From a virus (Duplodnaviria; Heunggongvirae; Uroviricota; Caudoviricetes): 64,000 nucleotides of DNA. The notes below the pieces were generated by a model. The model saw only the letters and a program-made list of their open reading frames with translations. It searched no databases and was not told the DNA's origin. The position numbers and the translations under genes are program-made. This document shows, piece after piece, positions 37,548 through 46,906 of this stretch. The first letter of the stretch is position 1, and each line of letters opens with the position of its first letter. Where the stretch lies: IMG/VR virus record IMGVR_UViG_3300028914_000001, positions 317,489-381,488 of that record, one strand, 5' to 3'.

Positions 37548-37823
37548 ATGAAGAAGCTGAAGAAATACCTTTCATTGATGGATGTCCCGTACACCGAGAA
37601 GGACAGCGGTGGCAAGCCGATGGTCCAGTTCGAGTACATGGGCGTCGTTTACGCCATCCTGCGGTCCGCATCTGGCAAGGACATGTACTGTGTCCTCATG
37701 GGTTACAACACGAAGGCTCCGAGCGGGCTCGTGATGGGGTTCGATAACTTGAAGGAATGGGTACACCGCCTGAGGTATCCAGAAGATTTTGAACCGGGAT
37801 TGGTCGACCCCCTTGACATGTAG
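37548..37823 (+). CDS. hypothetical protein (probably near-leaderless)
   Basis: ATG 8 nt after the -10 box. Confidence 0.6.
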   Translation: MKKLKKYLSLMDVPYTEKDSGGKPMVQFEYMGVVYAILRSASGKDMYCVLMGYNTKAPSGLVMGFDNLKEWVHRLRYPEDFEPGLVDPLDM

Positions 37824-37841
37824 CTGTGAATTGCGTATATT
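37813..37841 (+). promoter_or_regulatory. sigma70-type promoter
   Basis: TTGACA-N17-TATATT. Confidence 0.8.
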
Positions 37842-37870
37842 TAGGCTATGTCCACCAAATGGAGATAGCT

Positions 37871-38302
37871 ATGGATAAAACAGAAGATGAACAGCCGTGG
37901 TATGCTGGCCACCGTCTTCCCCCAGAAGTTTTCGGGAAGGTTGCGGACGAATTTTCTGCCGCCCATCCCGAGCTGAAGTGCGAGATACCTGGGCCTAAAT
38001 GGAAGTTCTGCGAGCGTGACGAGATGTCGTTTCGCATTGACGGCGATGCATGGGTGCATGTGACGACTAAACGGTTCCACCCAGGCAACGACATGCATAG
38101 TAACGATTGGGTAGACCGCATAGCTATCCGTGACACCCGAAAACGGCTGCTTGAAGGCCAGCTGACATATCATAACGCACTGACTGCCGAAGATTTCAGA
38201 AAACTTCTTGATGGCCTGTTAGAGGGCCCGTATCCTGGCAAGCATCATCGGCTTGCCGACAAATATCCACCACACGGAGATATACCATGGCCGAACAGAT
38301 AA
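37871..38302 (+). CDS. hypothetical protein
   Basis: GGAG RBS. Confidence 0.6.
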   Translation: MDKTEDEQPWYAGHRLPPEVFGKVADEFSAAHPELKCEIPGPKWKFCERDEMSFRIDGDAWVHVTTKRFHPGNDMHSNDWVDRIAIRDTRKRLLEGQLTYHNALTAEDFRKLLDGLLEGPYPGKHHRLADKYPPHGDIPWPNR

Positions 38303-38556
38303 AAGCCCGTTGCGACAGCAACCAATTCAACCATTGGGGCGCCACCGACGACCCCAAGGACCTTACGGTCGGCAAGGAATACGATGTCGACTTCGTAGTA
38401 ATCCACGACAGTTACACCCAGGTCTACCTCGCAGGTGACTGCCATGCCTACAACTCGTGCAACTTCTCCTTCTTCGACAAGTTCGGGGATGAAATCGACA
38501 TTGTCGATTACTTCAACCACCAGCTCGGCATACACAAGTGTTGGCCAAAGAAGTAG
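38287..38556 (+). CDS. hypothetical protein
   Basis: GGAG RBS. Confidence 0.6.
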   Translation: MAEQIKARCDSNQFNHWGATDDPKDLTVGKEYDVDFVVIHDSYTQVYLAGDCHAYNSCNFSFFDKFGDEIDIVDYFNHQLGIHKCWPKK

Positions 38557-38559
38557 AGC

Positions 38560-38766
38560 ATGAGCGTAAAATGCAAGAAATTCCAGTGCTGGACGTGGAG
38601 TCCGTTCATGCTTGTCGGGATTTCCCCGAAGATTGAATACTATTGCGGGGAATGCGGCAAGTACAACAAGGGCCGTTTCAACACCAATAGCTATGACAGG
38701 GCGGGCGGCCACCTTAAATGCGCCCATTGCGGGACGGAAAACATAATTCCCGTCTCGGTTGTCTGA
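38560..38766 (+). CDS. Zn-ribbon protein
   Basis: CGEC..CAHC. Confidence 0.6.
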   Translation: MSVKCKKFQCWTWSPFMLVGISPKIEYYCGECGKYNKGRFNTNSYDRAGGHLKCAHCGTENIIPVSVV

Positions 38767-38777
38767 CGAGGTGCCCG

Positions 38778-39014
38778 ATGCCAAGACACAAGTACGGAGT
38801 AGACCTGTCTGAACGCTTCAAGGAGTATAAGCCATACTACCGTTACATGAAGCGTTGCAAGGGTTTCCGTGAAGCTCTCATGCATGGCGGAGCCGTAGTG
38901 CATGACTATGACTTGAATACGACCATGCATCTTAGGCTGCGAAAGGACGGCAAGACCATCTACGACGATGCCGCATGGTATTTCTTCGAACACACGCACG
39001 ATGTGCTAACATAA
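38778..39014 (+). CDS. hypothetical protein
   Basis: GAGG RBS. Confidence 0.5.
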   Translation: MPRHKYGVDLSERFKEYKPYYRYMKRCKGFREALMHGGAVVHDYDLNTTMHLRLRKDGKTIYDDAAWYFFEHTHDVLT

Positions 39015-39038
39015 CAGGTAATTCAAAGGAGATTGACT

Positions 39039-39554
39039 ATGTTCTATATCGAACGAAGCGTACAGGGCCCTCCCCTGTGCAGCGACATCCACGACTGCTA
39101 CGGCATGAAGGAAGACGGCGAGCTTGGCTGGATTCGTGACGGCCTCCGTGCCATCGGGTTCGAGACCAAGATTGAAGCGGAAGATTTCGCAATGACCCAC
39201 GGTTTCAACCTCTGGGTTCCAGCCAGCGAGTACGACCCACGCTACCTCATCGTCGAGGAACTCCGTGTTCCCGAGATTGGCGACATCGTCAAGAAGTACA
39301 ACGCAAGGCTCTCCGTAGGCATGTTCGGTGGCGGCCCCGTCATCTCGTGGGGCAACGAGAAGTACTTCATCAAGGTCGTGACCAACACCGACGTGGACAG
39401 CTCCCCGTCGAGGAATCGGCCCGAGTACGTCTATGTCGTAGGCGCCCGTCTCATGGACACCGAAAGCAATACGGTAGTCGACGAGGTTTTCAACCCGACC
39501 TACAAACAGATGGAAGAGTTCGTCAACAAGTGCGTCACGGAACACGGGGTGTAA
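39039..39554 (+). CDS. hypothetical protein
   Basis: AGGAG RBS. Confidence 0.65.
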   Translation: MFYIERSVQGPPLCSDIHDCYGMKEDGELGWIRDGLRAIGFETKIEAEDFAMTHGFNLWVPASEYDPRYLIVEELRVPEIGDIVKKYNARLSVGMFGGGPVISWGNEKYFIKVVTNTDVDSSPSRNRPEYVYVVGARLMDTESNTVVDEVFNPTYKQMEEFVNKCVTEHGV

Positions 39555-39556
39555 CC

Positions 39557-39820
39557 ATGGCGAAGAAACCCATCGAAGAACTGGTCGATATCCTGAAAGG
39601 CCATATCGACGATAAGAACCTGAGCGGTGGCAGCGACCGTCTCCACATCACCGTCACGACAGAGGTGGACATCATCATCGAGATGTTCGGACCCCTGTAT
39701 GAAGTGTGGATTCAGAACCATGAGGAAGGCGAGGGCTGTACCGTGGCAAGGAACGAAGACCGATTCCGGGTGGCATCATTCATCCTGTCGGTATTTTCAT
39801 TGAACGGGGTGAAGAAATGA
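39557..39820 (+). CDS. hypothetical protein
   Basis: ATG just after previous stop. Confidence 0.55.
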   Translation: MAKKPIEELVDILKGHIDDKNLSGGSDRLHITVTTEVDIIIEMFGPLYEVWIQNHEEGEGCTVARNEDRFRVASFILSVFSLNGVKK

Positions 39821-40170
39821 TGAACTTCATCCGATTCGAGTATCTGCTTGCTGCGGGAATGGTAGTCGAGAATGTCGAGCGAATCACGATGTCCGAATTA
39901 AACGAGTTCAGGCTGAAGGTGCAGCAGGAGTTCGACAGGCGCCATATCGAGGCGATGTTCCTGTTCAGCAGCAAGTATGCCGAGGAGGCGATGCTCGACT
40001 ACCCCGGCCTGTTCCAGTTCGAGGACAGCGCATGTACGGCAATCATCAGGAAGCCTGGGGTTGACAACCAGAAGCTTATAGAGAAGTTCTTCGCCTACCT
40101 GTCCACTGACGACCTGGGAGCAATCATCGCCGTCGCCAAGGAACACTACACGACCGAGGGATTTGAATAA
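39817..40170 (+). CDS. hypothetical protein
   Basis: Coupled ORF. Confidence 0.6.
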   Translation: MMNFIRFEYLLAAGMVVENVERITMSELNEFRLKVQQEFDRRHIEAMFLFSSKYAEEAMLDYPGLFQFEDSACTAIIRKPGVDNQKLIEKFFAYLSTDDLGAIIAVAKEHYTTEGFE

Positions 40171-40532
40171 TGACCACGAACGCACCGAACAAGTACAGGC
40201 TCAATCCGTTGAAGATGCCTCCTGATGCGTTCCCAGCAGCGCCTCCCCCGAAGAACCGTGTTCCGTTCTTGGACATATTTGCACTGCAGGAGGAAGTCAA
40301 AAGGCTTCGCAAGGAAAACGAGAATATCAAGAAGGGATTGCCAGTATGGCATAAGGCGTCTGGTCTCGACAATGTCGGCGACAACACATGGTGCATCCTG
40401 TACAGCAAGCTACATGGCATTGGAATCGGGTATTGGAGTCCGTACTACGGATGGATGTTCTACAAGGAGAACCTCATCCAGACGGACAGTGTGACCCACT
40501 GGATGCCATTCCCAGATGCACCAAAGGATTGA
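40170..40532 (+). CDS. DUF551-like phage protein
   Basis: C-terminal VTHWMPFPDAP. Confidence 0.7.
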   Translation: MTTNAPNKYRLNPLKMPPDAFPAAPPPKNRVPFLDIFALQEEVKRLRKENENIKKGLPVWHKASGLDNVGDNTWCILYSKLHGIGIGYWSPYYGWMFYKENLIQTDSVTHWMPFPDAPKD

Positions 40533-40534
40533 TT

Positions 40535-40780
40535 ATGCAATTCAGAATTATCAAGGAAACGATTGAAAAGGACGACGGTTCAACCCAAGTCTTTTTCTAC
40601 CCGCAGAAGAAGGGATGGTTCTTCTGGAACTACTTCTACTACTATAACGGAACCTGCCCGTTTGAATACCGTTTCGTGACCGCTGATGAAGCCGAGCGTT
40701 TCATCGAAAGGGAAGTCAAGAACAGCAGTTCTTCGGCTACCATAGTCGTGAAGGAATTTACAATCAAAAACAGTAGGTAA
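40535..40780 (+). CDS. hypothetical protein
   Basis: FYPQKKGWFFW motif. Confidence 0.55.
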   Translation: MQFRIIKETIEKDDGSTQVFFYPQKKGWFFWNYFYYYNGTCPFEYRFVTADEAERFIEREVKNSSSSATIVVKEFTIKNSR

Positions 40781-40783
40781 AAC

Positions 40784-41305
40784 ATGGAACTTACCGAAGA
40801 ACAGAAGAAATTCAAGGAGGAGTCGCTCGAACTCCTCAAACAGTCCAACGATGCCGACTACAAGGCGTTCCTGAAGAAGGTTGACGAAATTTCCAAGCGC
40901 AATCTCCCCCTCGATACGAAAATCGAGTATGTTACTGGCCGTTGCTGCGGCTTTGAAGGAATCGGCATCATCCTCAGCGGCGTCATCAGGTGGAAAGACC
41001 AGGTCATACTCGCCCGTTTCGACCGTCCGATGCGTACCAAGCGTGAAGGCGGGGAATGCCACGCATGTGTAGACGTTTTCTCGCTTGGCCGTGCGACGCT
41101 CGAACTTGAACCTAATCAGGGCGAGTATGTCATCTTCGAGACAACAATCGGCGACAAGGATGCGTTCTGCAAGATTGTCAACAGCATGTGGGACTACACA
41201 GACCACCGTGGATACCTCGTCGAAGACCCGCATAAGATGTTCGGCGTGAAATCAAAGGCGGATGTACCCGATTTCGTTGAAACCAGTAACGTGCGAGAGG
41301 ACTAA
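40784..41305 (+). CDS. hypothetical protein
   Basis: ORF in operon. Confidence 0.65.
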   Translation: MELTEEQKKFKEESLELLKQSNDADYKAFLKKVDEISKRNLPLDTKIEYVTGRCCGFEGIGIILSGVIRWKDQVILARFDRPMRTKREGGECHACVDVFSLGRATLELEPNQGEYVIFETTIGDKDAFCKIVNSMWDYTDHRGYLVEDPHKMFGVKSKADVPDFVETSNVRED

Positions 41306-41306
41306 T

Positions 41307-42131
41307 ATGACACTTGAAGAACTGTATCGGTGCTTGGGAAGTTATGTAGAAAACGGCTATGGTAAACTGACAGTTTACGCCGAGAACGGCTTTGGCGAAG
41401 GCGGTGAGCTTAATGCCATAACTTTATTGAAAGACGGGGAGACCATAGTTTTAAGGGAAGATTTTGGTGGCCCATTCTTTGAAGGGGGTTTGTATGATGT
41501 GGACGGCAAGTCGCCATTTACTGCTAAGAGGGCTACTGGTGACGAGGGCCCAGGAGTGCATCCAAATCAGTATATTCTTGAACGAGAAGAAGGAAACGGG
41601 ATGATGCATACCATTGCTGACATTCCGAAAAATGCTCGTTTCACGGGAAATGTGGTGCCTATAACAAAGATTCAGAAAGATGAAAACCTACAAGGGGTTC
41701 ATTGTATGAAATCAAATGAATCATCAGTAAATGATGTCAGCTGGGACACTATCTTCGCTGAGGTTGTAAAAAAGCATAAGGATTATCTCGCAACAGATTT
41801 ATCTCCTTGGCTGACCGAAACATATAGCAAGGCGGAAAAGAAAGAGTATGTGAGATTGAAGTCCCAGGCCGTAAGTATGCCCCAGGATGAAATCTATAAG
41901 CATCTCGCCGACAGCAAGATTTGGCAGCGAGTTTCAAGAGAAGAAATGAATCGCCGTAACGACAAAAAATATAGAGCCCCTAAACATCCGGGACACGAGT
42001 ATTATGAACCTGAGGCATGCCCGTGGTGTGGCCGGGAAAGTCTTGAAAAGCAAGAAGACGGCAACTACCACTGCACATGGTGCGGTTATGACCATCTGAA
42101 AGAACGAAATTCATATAACTGGGACGATTGA
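41307..42131 (+). CDS. hypothetical protein with C-terminal Zn ribbon
   Basis: CPWC..CTWC; GAGG RBS. Confidence 0.6.
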   Translation: MTLEELYRCLGSYVENGYGKLTVYAENGFGEGGELNAITLLKDGETIVLREDFGGPFFEGGLYDVDGKSPFTAKRATGDEGPGVHPNQYILEREEGNGMMHTIADIPKNARFTGNVVPITKIQKDENLQGVHCMKSNESSVNDVSWDTIFAEVVKKHKDYLATDLSPWLTETYSKAEKKEYVRLKSQAVSMPQDEIYKHLADSKIWQRVSREEMNRRNDKKYRAPKHPGHEYYEPEACPWCGRESLEKQEDGNYHCTWCGYDHLKERNSYNWDD

Positions 42132-42143
42132 TTCTCTGTATAA

Positions 42144-42181
42144 AAAATTAGGGCGGTCATGCTATGATGAACGCCCTTTTT
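42144..42181. terminator. bidirectional terminator
   Basis: AGGGCGGTCAT..ATGAACGCCCT with flanking A/T runs. Confidence 0.7.
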
Positions 42182-42192
42182 CGTAACATTTT

Positions 42193-43974
42193 TTAGAATT
42201 CTATCTCGTCGTCTTCACTTGTGTACGGGTCCCTTTCATTCTCGTGCTCGGTGTAGTAATCTTCCTCGCTCGGGTCGCCTGGGTTGTCGGGGTCATATTC
42301 TTCTTCAGATGTGCGTACACGGCCTCCGTAGGTCGGTGCTTCGTCTGGATACAATGCGGAGTATATATCTTCCTCGGACGGGGTGTCATCTGCGGTTTCG
42401 GCTGTACTTGCTGGCAGCCATAGTATCTTGGTTACAACCTGGAATGGATGCCCTGGCCTATGATATTCTTCAAAACCTAATATATTACCGTTTTCGTCTG
42501 GCTTGATGCTATCGAAACTCATGTGATGAATTTTTACACTTAACGGATTAAACGGTGGAGTCGAATATCTGGTAAGTTTCGACACCTTGTACTCATTCGG
42601 CTCCCTAGCGGCAAAAGCCCTGGCTTTCTTGTACATAAGCATGAAATCATCGTACGTTTGGTCACGTCGTATTCCCAATATGTTTTCAAGGGAATTAGAG
42701 CGCATCTCACCAATACATCCTACATTGGACCCTTCTTTTTGGAGGGGGACGGAAGTATCAAAGGCATCTCTCGGTACCCAGATGTACTTGGACGAGCTGT
42801 AGTTAAACCCGTCGTGACAACCAAAGCTGAATCCCCATGAGTTTCCATTTTTGTCTTCAGGGATGCTGTCATAATTTACGGATTGCACCTCGTTGGTATC
42901 AGTATCAATGAGGGGCATCTTATATTTTTTAATTGGACCTACATCGCCATAAGCTTCCATATCGTCATGCATTTTCAGGAAATCGGCGTAGCTCACATTA
43001 CTGCGTTTGCCTAAAGTTGAGCTTTTATAGTGTGATGTATAAACGTCACCCCTTTCATCGACATCTGGTTCTTGCAGTTTTCCAAACGAACCTTCGAGGC
43101 AAACCTTTGTTATATTCCCGACCGCTTCAAACTGATTCTTGCTAAGGCCAAGCTTGGCTACGTTTTCCATGAAAATATTGAATCTCTTATCCATTGTGTT
43201 ACCATTGGTACTTTCACCCAATAGTTTATAACCTGTCGGTTCCGATGGAGTAAGGAAGTTCTTGATGGTGACTCGGTCGCCCATGATTTCTTTAAGACGG
43301 TTCAAGTCTGGGTTCATACCCATCTTTGCAATCTGGTTCCTTGCCCACATGTTGTACAGGTCTTCATATACGACGAAGCTTAAACCTTTGTCGAACCGGG
43401 GCCACCTCTCAAAATTCCCGTAGAAGCTCGGGTCGATAATATGGCGTACGGTATTACTGCTTGGACGGTGGATTTCTCCCCACATGAGCTGCTCGATGTT
43501 GATGTCCTCGGGAGAAATACTCTCATGCGCCATGACTACATCGGCATTGTTCCGCACATCAAAGTCGTCTATGCGGTATTTTCTCAGGTTTTCTGGGGAA
43601 CAGTCGAGGGAAACTATCAACGGGCGAAAGGCATCGTATCCTCCGTTGCCGAATGGCTTGTTCATCGAAAACCATATACAATTAGATTCCCCGTTGTCGT
43701 TAATACGGAGTCCGTTAGTCAGTATGTCCCTGATGTCATCATTGTCCAATCCCGTCATGTAGCCGCAAATGTGGTACATCTTCGGGTAGCTTGCTCCGTC
43801 TACCGACTCCTTGAAAATGTGCATCTGTTGCAGATGTTCCTTCGCTTTCTTCTCGGACTTGTGCGAAGACAGGATTTTGCCCGTTTCGTGGCTCTTTATG
43901 ACCCACTCGGCGAGTTCACCCTTGGAGTTGCGATGCCCTTTAATATGGCAGACGTATTCGTATAGAGGTTGCAT
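42193..43974 (-). CDS. multi-domain late protein with ADP-ribosyltransferase-like domain
   Basis: Late motif upstream and internally; MYH..ILTNGL..IWFS..ISPEDI pattern; acidic tail. Confidence 0.55.
   Translation of the reverse strand: MQPLYEYVCHIKGHRNSKGELAEWVIKSHETGKILSSHKSEKKAKEHLQQMHIFKESVDGASYPKMYHICGYMTGLDNDDIRDILTNGLRINDNGESNCIWFSMNKPFGNGGYDAFRPLIVSLDCSPENLRKYRIDDFDVRNNADVVMAHESISPEDINIEQLMWGEIHRPSSNTVRHIIDPSFYGNFERWPRFDKGLSFVVYEDLYNMWARNQIAKMGMNPDLNRLKEIMGDRVTIKNFLTPSEPTGYKLLGESTNGNTMDKRFNIFMENVAKLGLSKNQFEAVGNITKVCLEGSFGKLQEPDVDERGDVYTSHYKSSTLGKRSNVSYADFLKMHDDMEAYGDVGPIKKYKMPLIDTDTNEVQSVNYDSIPEDKNGNSWGFSFGCHDGFNYSSSKYIWVPRDAFDTSVPLQKEGSNVGCIGEMRSNSLENILGIRRDQTYDDFMLMYKKARAFAAREPNEYKVSKLTRYSTPPFNPLSVKIHHMSFDSIKPDENGNILGFEEYHRPGHPFQVVTKILWLPASTAETADDTPSEEDIYSALYPDEAPTYGGRVRTSEEEYDPDNPGDPSEEDYYTEHENERDPYTSEDDEIEF
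43222..43230 (-). promoter_or_regulatory. internal late-promoter motif
   Basis: TATAAACTA on minus strand, upstream of in-frame ATG 43194. Confidence 0.5.
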
Positions 43975-44000
43975 AGGGGAAACCAGATAGTTTTCCCCTA

Positions 44001-44009
44001 CAGTTTATA
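44001..44009 (-). promoter_or_regulatory. putative late promoter
   Basis: TATAAACTG on minus strand. Confidence 0.6.
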
Positions 44010-44011
44010 TC

Positions 44012-44191
44012 TCAGGATAACGCCTTGCTGATGATATCCTGTGCGACTTCAATGCATGCATCGCCAAATCGCCATCCGTTGTTGATGCGGTCTTCAAACC
44101 TGTCGGCAATGTCCAATGCGTTGTTGCAGTTAGAGAGTTGCTTAATATGGTACGAGACCACGTTCTTGTATTCCTGATAATCCAAAGCCAT
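44012..44191 (-). CDS. hypothetical protein
   Basis: Minus-strand operon. Confidence 0.5.
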   Translation of the reverse strand: MALDYQEYKNVVSYHIKQLSNCNNALDIADRFEDRINNGWRFGDACIEVAQDIISKALS

Positions 44192-44202
44192 TGTAATTTC
44201 CC

Positions 44203-44502
44203 CTAAAACTGGCATGCCTTGCGTTCGACACGATATTGGCCGTCGTTTGCATACTGGTATTTCTCCCTCGTAAGTCGGGAGCCGTACTCACTGGTGATAC
44301 TTTCGACAATGACATTCTCCGTGTTCATTTCGAATTTAAGGTCGAAATCGCAGTTGGTCTTGGCGATTAGGATACCCTCATGGTAGATTAACCCCTGGAT
44401 GCCTTCTGCCTTGCATTCGCATCCTCCGAACATTCCAAGGATGCTTACTAACAGGCAGAGTGCCCCCAGAAAATACATGACTCGTTTTGATTCCTTGCTC
44501 AT
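44203..44502 (-). CDS. membrane-anchored or lipoprotein-like protein
   Basis: Hydrophobic N-terminus ending FGGC. Confidence 0.55.
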   Translation of the reverse strand: MSKESKRVMYFLGALCLLVSILGMFGGCECKAEGIQGLIYHEGILIAKTNCDFDLKFEMNTENVIVESITSEYGSRLTREKYQYANDGQYRVERKACQF

Positions 44503-45032
44503 ACTTTATCTCCTTTTATTTCAGTTACGTCCAGTTCATACCATTTGCTGTCTTTTTTATTTACTACCTTAATCTGCAATGTCTTGTCGCTATCGTCAGA
44601 TATGTCATACTTGCGTTCGTCGAGGATTTCGGCGGATTCGCCATTATCATAGCAATGTAAAAGCTGTACATAGACATGGTTCTTTTCACGAGCACATTCG
44701 AACAGGATGAAGTTATTCTTGTCGATATGTTCGTTATTCCATGTATAGCAAAGACCGTTGATATTTTTGAAGTCAGAAAGTGAGAACTGGCATTCAATAT
44801 CGGTAGGCGTTTTTGCCTCGATAGTACGCAAGTTATAGTCCGTATATACTACGTTCTTCATCTTTCTAAGTTCATCGGCAATTTTGCTGGGAACAATCGT
44901 CCTGTTGAAACATACCGTGGCAGAATTATCGTGGACTGAGATAACTCCATTGGATATGACATCGAACTTGACATCGTATCGGTCCTGAAGCTCTTTCAGG
45001 TTAATGAGAAATGTTTTAAGATTATTGGTCAT
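44499..45032 (-). CDS. hypothetical protein
   Basis: Minus-strand operon. Confidence 0.6.
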   Translation of the reverse strand: MTNNLKTFLINLKELQDRYDVKFDVISNGVISVHDNSATVCFNRTIVPSKIADELRKMKNVVYTDYNLRTIEAKTPTDIECQFSLSDFKNINGLCYTWNNEHIDKNNFILFECAREKNHVYVQLLHCYDNGESAEILDERKYDISDDSDKTLQIKVVNKKDSKWYELDVTEIKGDKV

Positions 45033-45049
45033 TGGTTGAATCTTTTTTG

Positions 45050-45406
45050 TTAGAATGGTAGCGTATCGTCCTTGTTGACAAGTAAAAGTTCCGTTAGCTC
45101 TGACTGGCTTAACGTGAACGGTGGGTAATACTTTCCCTTCACGTATTGCCTCGGCCTGTTCCACTTCTCGTACAGAAGGAACGGCATGAGAACCCGTGAG
45201 ACGAAACGGTAGGCCCGAATCATCTTGGTTACGAACGGGCTGTGGAAATCTTCTGGGTACAATTCGTTGAGCACTCGGTACGCTTCTTCGTCGCTAACCT
45301 GTTCTCCGTAGTAGTCTCCCGTGATGCTTCCATAGATTTCGCTAAAATACACACAGTTTCTGCAACAGGAAGTCGCATATCGTCGGCAGCGGTCACATAC
45401 AATCAT
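45050..45406 (-). CDS. hypothetical protein
   Basis: Cys-rich N-terminus. Confidence 0.55.
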   Translation of the reverse strand: MIVCDRCRRYATSCCRNCVYFSEIYGSITGDYYGEQVSDEEAYRVLNELYPEDFHSPFVTKMIRAYRFVSRVLMPFLLYEKWNRPRQYVKGKYYPPFTLSQSELTELLLVNKDDTLPF

Positions 45407-45702
45407 TTTGTTTCCTTGTTGAAAGCGATGTTTTCTACCTGTTCGGCACCGAATTCTACGATTGTCGGGATGTAGTCGTCATCGTCGAGGTCACGGCAAG
45501 CACGTTCGGCCTGTCCCAGTGATGAGTAGTGATGCCCAGTCGCCGGGTTGTCACTACACTCACAGAATCGAACCTTCTGTAGCCAACCTCGGTTTAAAAT
45601 CTTGCCTTTTATCTTCCACTGTACGAATACCATCCAGAAATGGAATGAGACATCCTTCGTAGGGAACTGGCGCTTTTCGAATGGAAGTGCTGTTCTACCC
45701 AT
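45403..45702 (-). CDS. hypothetical protein
   Basis: Coupled ORF. Confidence 0.55.
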   Translation of the reverse strand: MGRTALPFEKRQFPTKDVSFHFWMVFVQWKIKGKILNRGWLQKVRFCECSDNPATGHHYSSLGQAERACRDLDDDDYIPTIVEFGAEQVENIAFNKETK

Positions 45703-45704
45703 TG

Positions 45705-46076
45705 CTATACCCCCATGTCTGGCGTACGGCAGCCAAGATGGTTTGACTTCGGCTTTGCCTTGCCGTCATTCCAGCACTTGAACCGACATTCGGGACAGAA
45801 CGTGTAGTAGTCAACAATCACCTCGGGTGTCCATATGTCGGTGCCGCTGATGTTGTGCTCGCTCTGGACTTCCCGTGTCTTGCATTCGGTGATTTTCGTC
45901 TTGAACTCGCATCCGCATCTCGGGCACTTGAAGTCGAAGTACGGATTGCCGTGCTTGGTAATCTCGGACGATTCTGCAACGGGCCTGTCGTCTTGCTTGT
46001 CGTCGATATCGTCGACCGATTCAAACCAGCCCCAGAATGTTTTCCACGATTTTTTAATCAGTTCTTTGATATCCAT
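45705..46076 (-). CDS. Zn-ribbon protein
   Basis: CPRCGC..CPEC. Confidence 0.6.
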   Translation of the reverse strand: MDIKELIKKSWKTFWGWFESVDDIDDKQDDRPVAESSEITKHGNPYFDFKCPRCGCEFKTKITECKTREVQSEHNISGTDIWTPEVIVDYYTFCPECRFKCWNDGKAKPKSNHLGCRTPDMGV

Positions 46077-46077
46077 G

Positions 46078-46317
46078 TTATCCCTTCTTTTCTTCACGGT
46101 CATCGACAGTCAATGACAGGATAATCTTTTTGCCAGTAGGGAGCTTCCAGGTGATTTCATAGGTATCGCTCCCCTTTTCAATCTTTCCCTTCATGTACTC
46201 GGCGACGGCACAGAGGGCCTCGTTGGTTACATCGTTCTTGACTTTCCAGACACCGGGCTTGCTTACGGTGCCTGCGTAGATTGCTGCCATCCCGCAGCCG
46301 ACGTGGTATTCTGCCAT
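46078..46317 (-). CDS. hypothetical phage protein
   Basis: AGGAG RBS; IYAG..DVT motif. Confidence 0.6.
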   Translation of the reverse strand: MAEYHVGCGMAAIYAGTVSKPGVWKVKNDVTNEALCAVAEYMKGKIEKGSDTYEITWKLPTGKKIILSLTVDDREEKKG

Positions 46318-46326
46318 GTTAACTCC

Positions 46327-46491
46327 TTATAAGGGGGAACCCTTTATTGTCATTTTCTTGTGGCACTTTGTGCATTCAAACTTGTACGGCCACTTCTCTA
46401 CGCCGTATCCGTCTCTGGACAGCCTTTCCTTGAACGCAGTGGGTTCCCATCTGTGCCAACAGAAAAACTGTTTTAGCTTTGATTTGAACAT
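46327..46491 (-). CDS. small Zn-binding protein
   Basis: CWH..CTKC; GGAG RBS; not in ORF track. Confidence 0.45.
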   Translation of the reverse strand: MFKSKLKQFFCWHRWEPTAFKERLSRDGYGVEKWPYKFECTKCHKKMTIKGSPL

Positions 46492-46895
46492 GATTGCTCC
46501 ATTATTTTGTCAACATATTCGCACAACTCTTCAAGGTCTTTGTCGTACTCGACATCCATAGCGGCTACACTATCCATGTCCAATGCTAACACTTCTTTGA
46601 ACTTGTCATCTTCCTTTACATACCGCTTTGGCAAGCAGTCGGAATAGATGAATTTGCTGCTGTCCGACGGGTCTACCCTGCAGTCTACTCCATAGAACAT
46701 CTTTCCGCATTGGAACAGGGCGATATACCATTTACCAATGTCCGACGGTTCGACAACGAGGTCCGATTCACGGTTGTAAATCAGTTCCTTGACGATATCC
46801 TTCTTAATCCACTGGCAGAACATGTAAGCTTCTTTAAGCTGTTTGCCCCAATTCTTGGTCAGGTCAAAATCGTAGTAACTTTCTTCGTCCAACAT
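46473..46895 (-). CDS. hypothetical protein
   Basis: Minus-strand operon. Confidence 0.6.
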   Translation of the reverse strand: MLDEESYYDFDLTKNWGKQLKEAYMFCQWIKKDIVKELIYNRESDLVVEPSDIGKWYIALFQCGKMFYGVDCRVDPSDSSKFIYSDCLPKRYVKEDDKFKEVLALDMDSVAAMDVEYDKDLEELCEYVDKIMEQSCSNQS

Positions 46896-46906
46896 ATTAG
46901 TAACCT

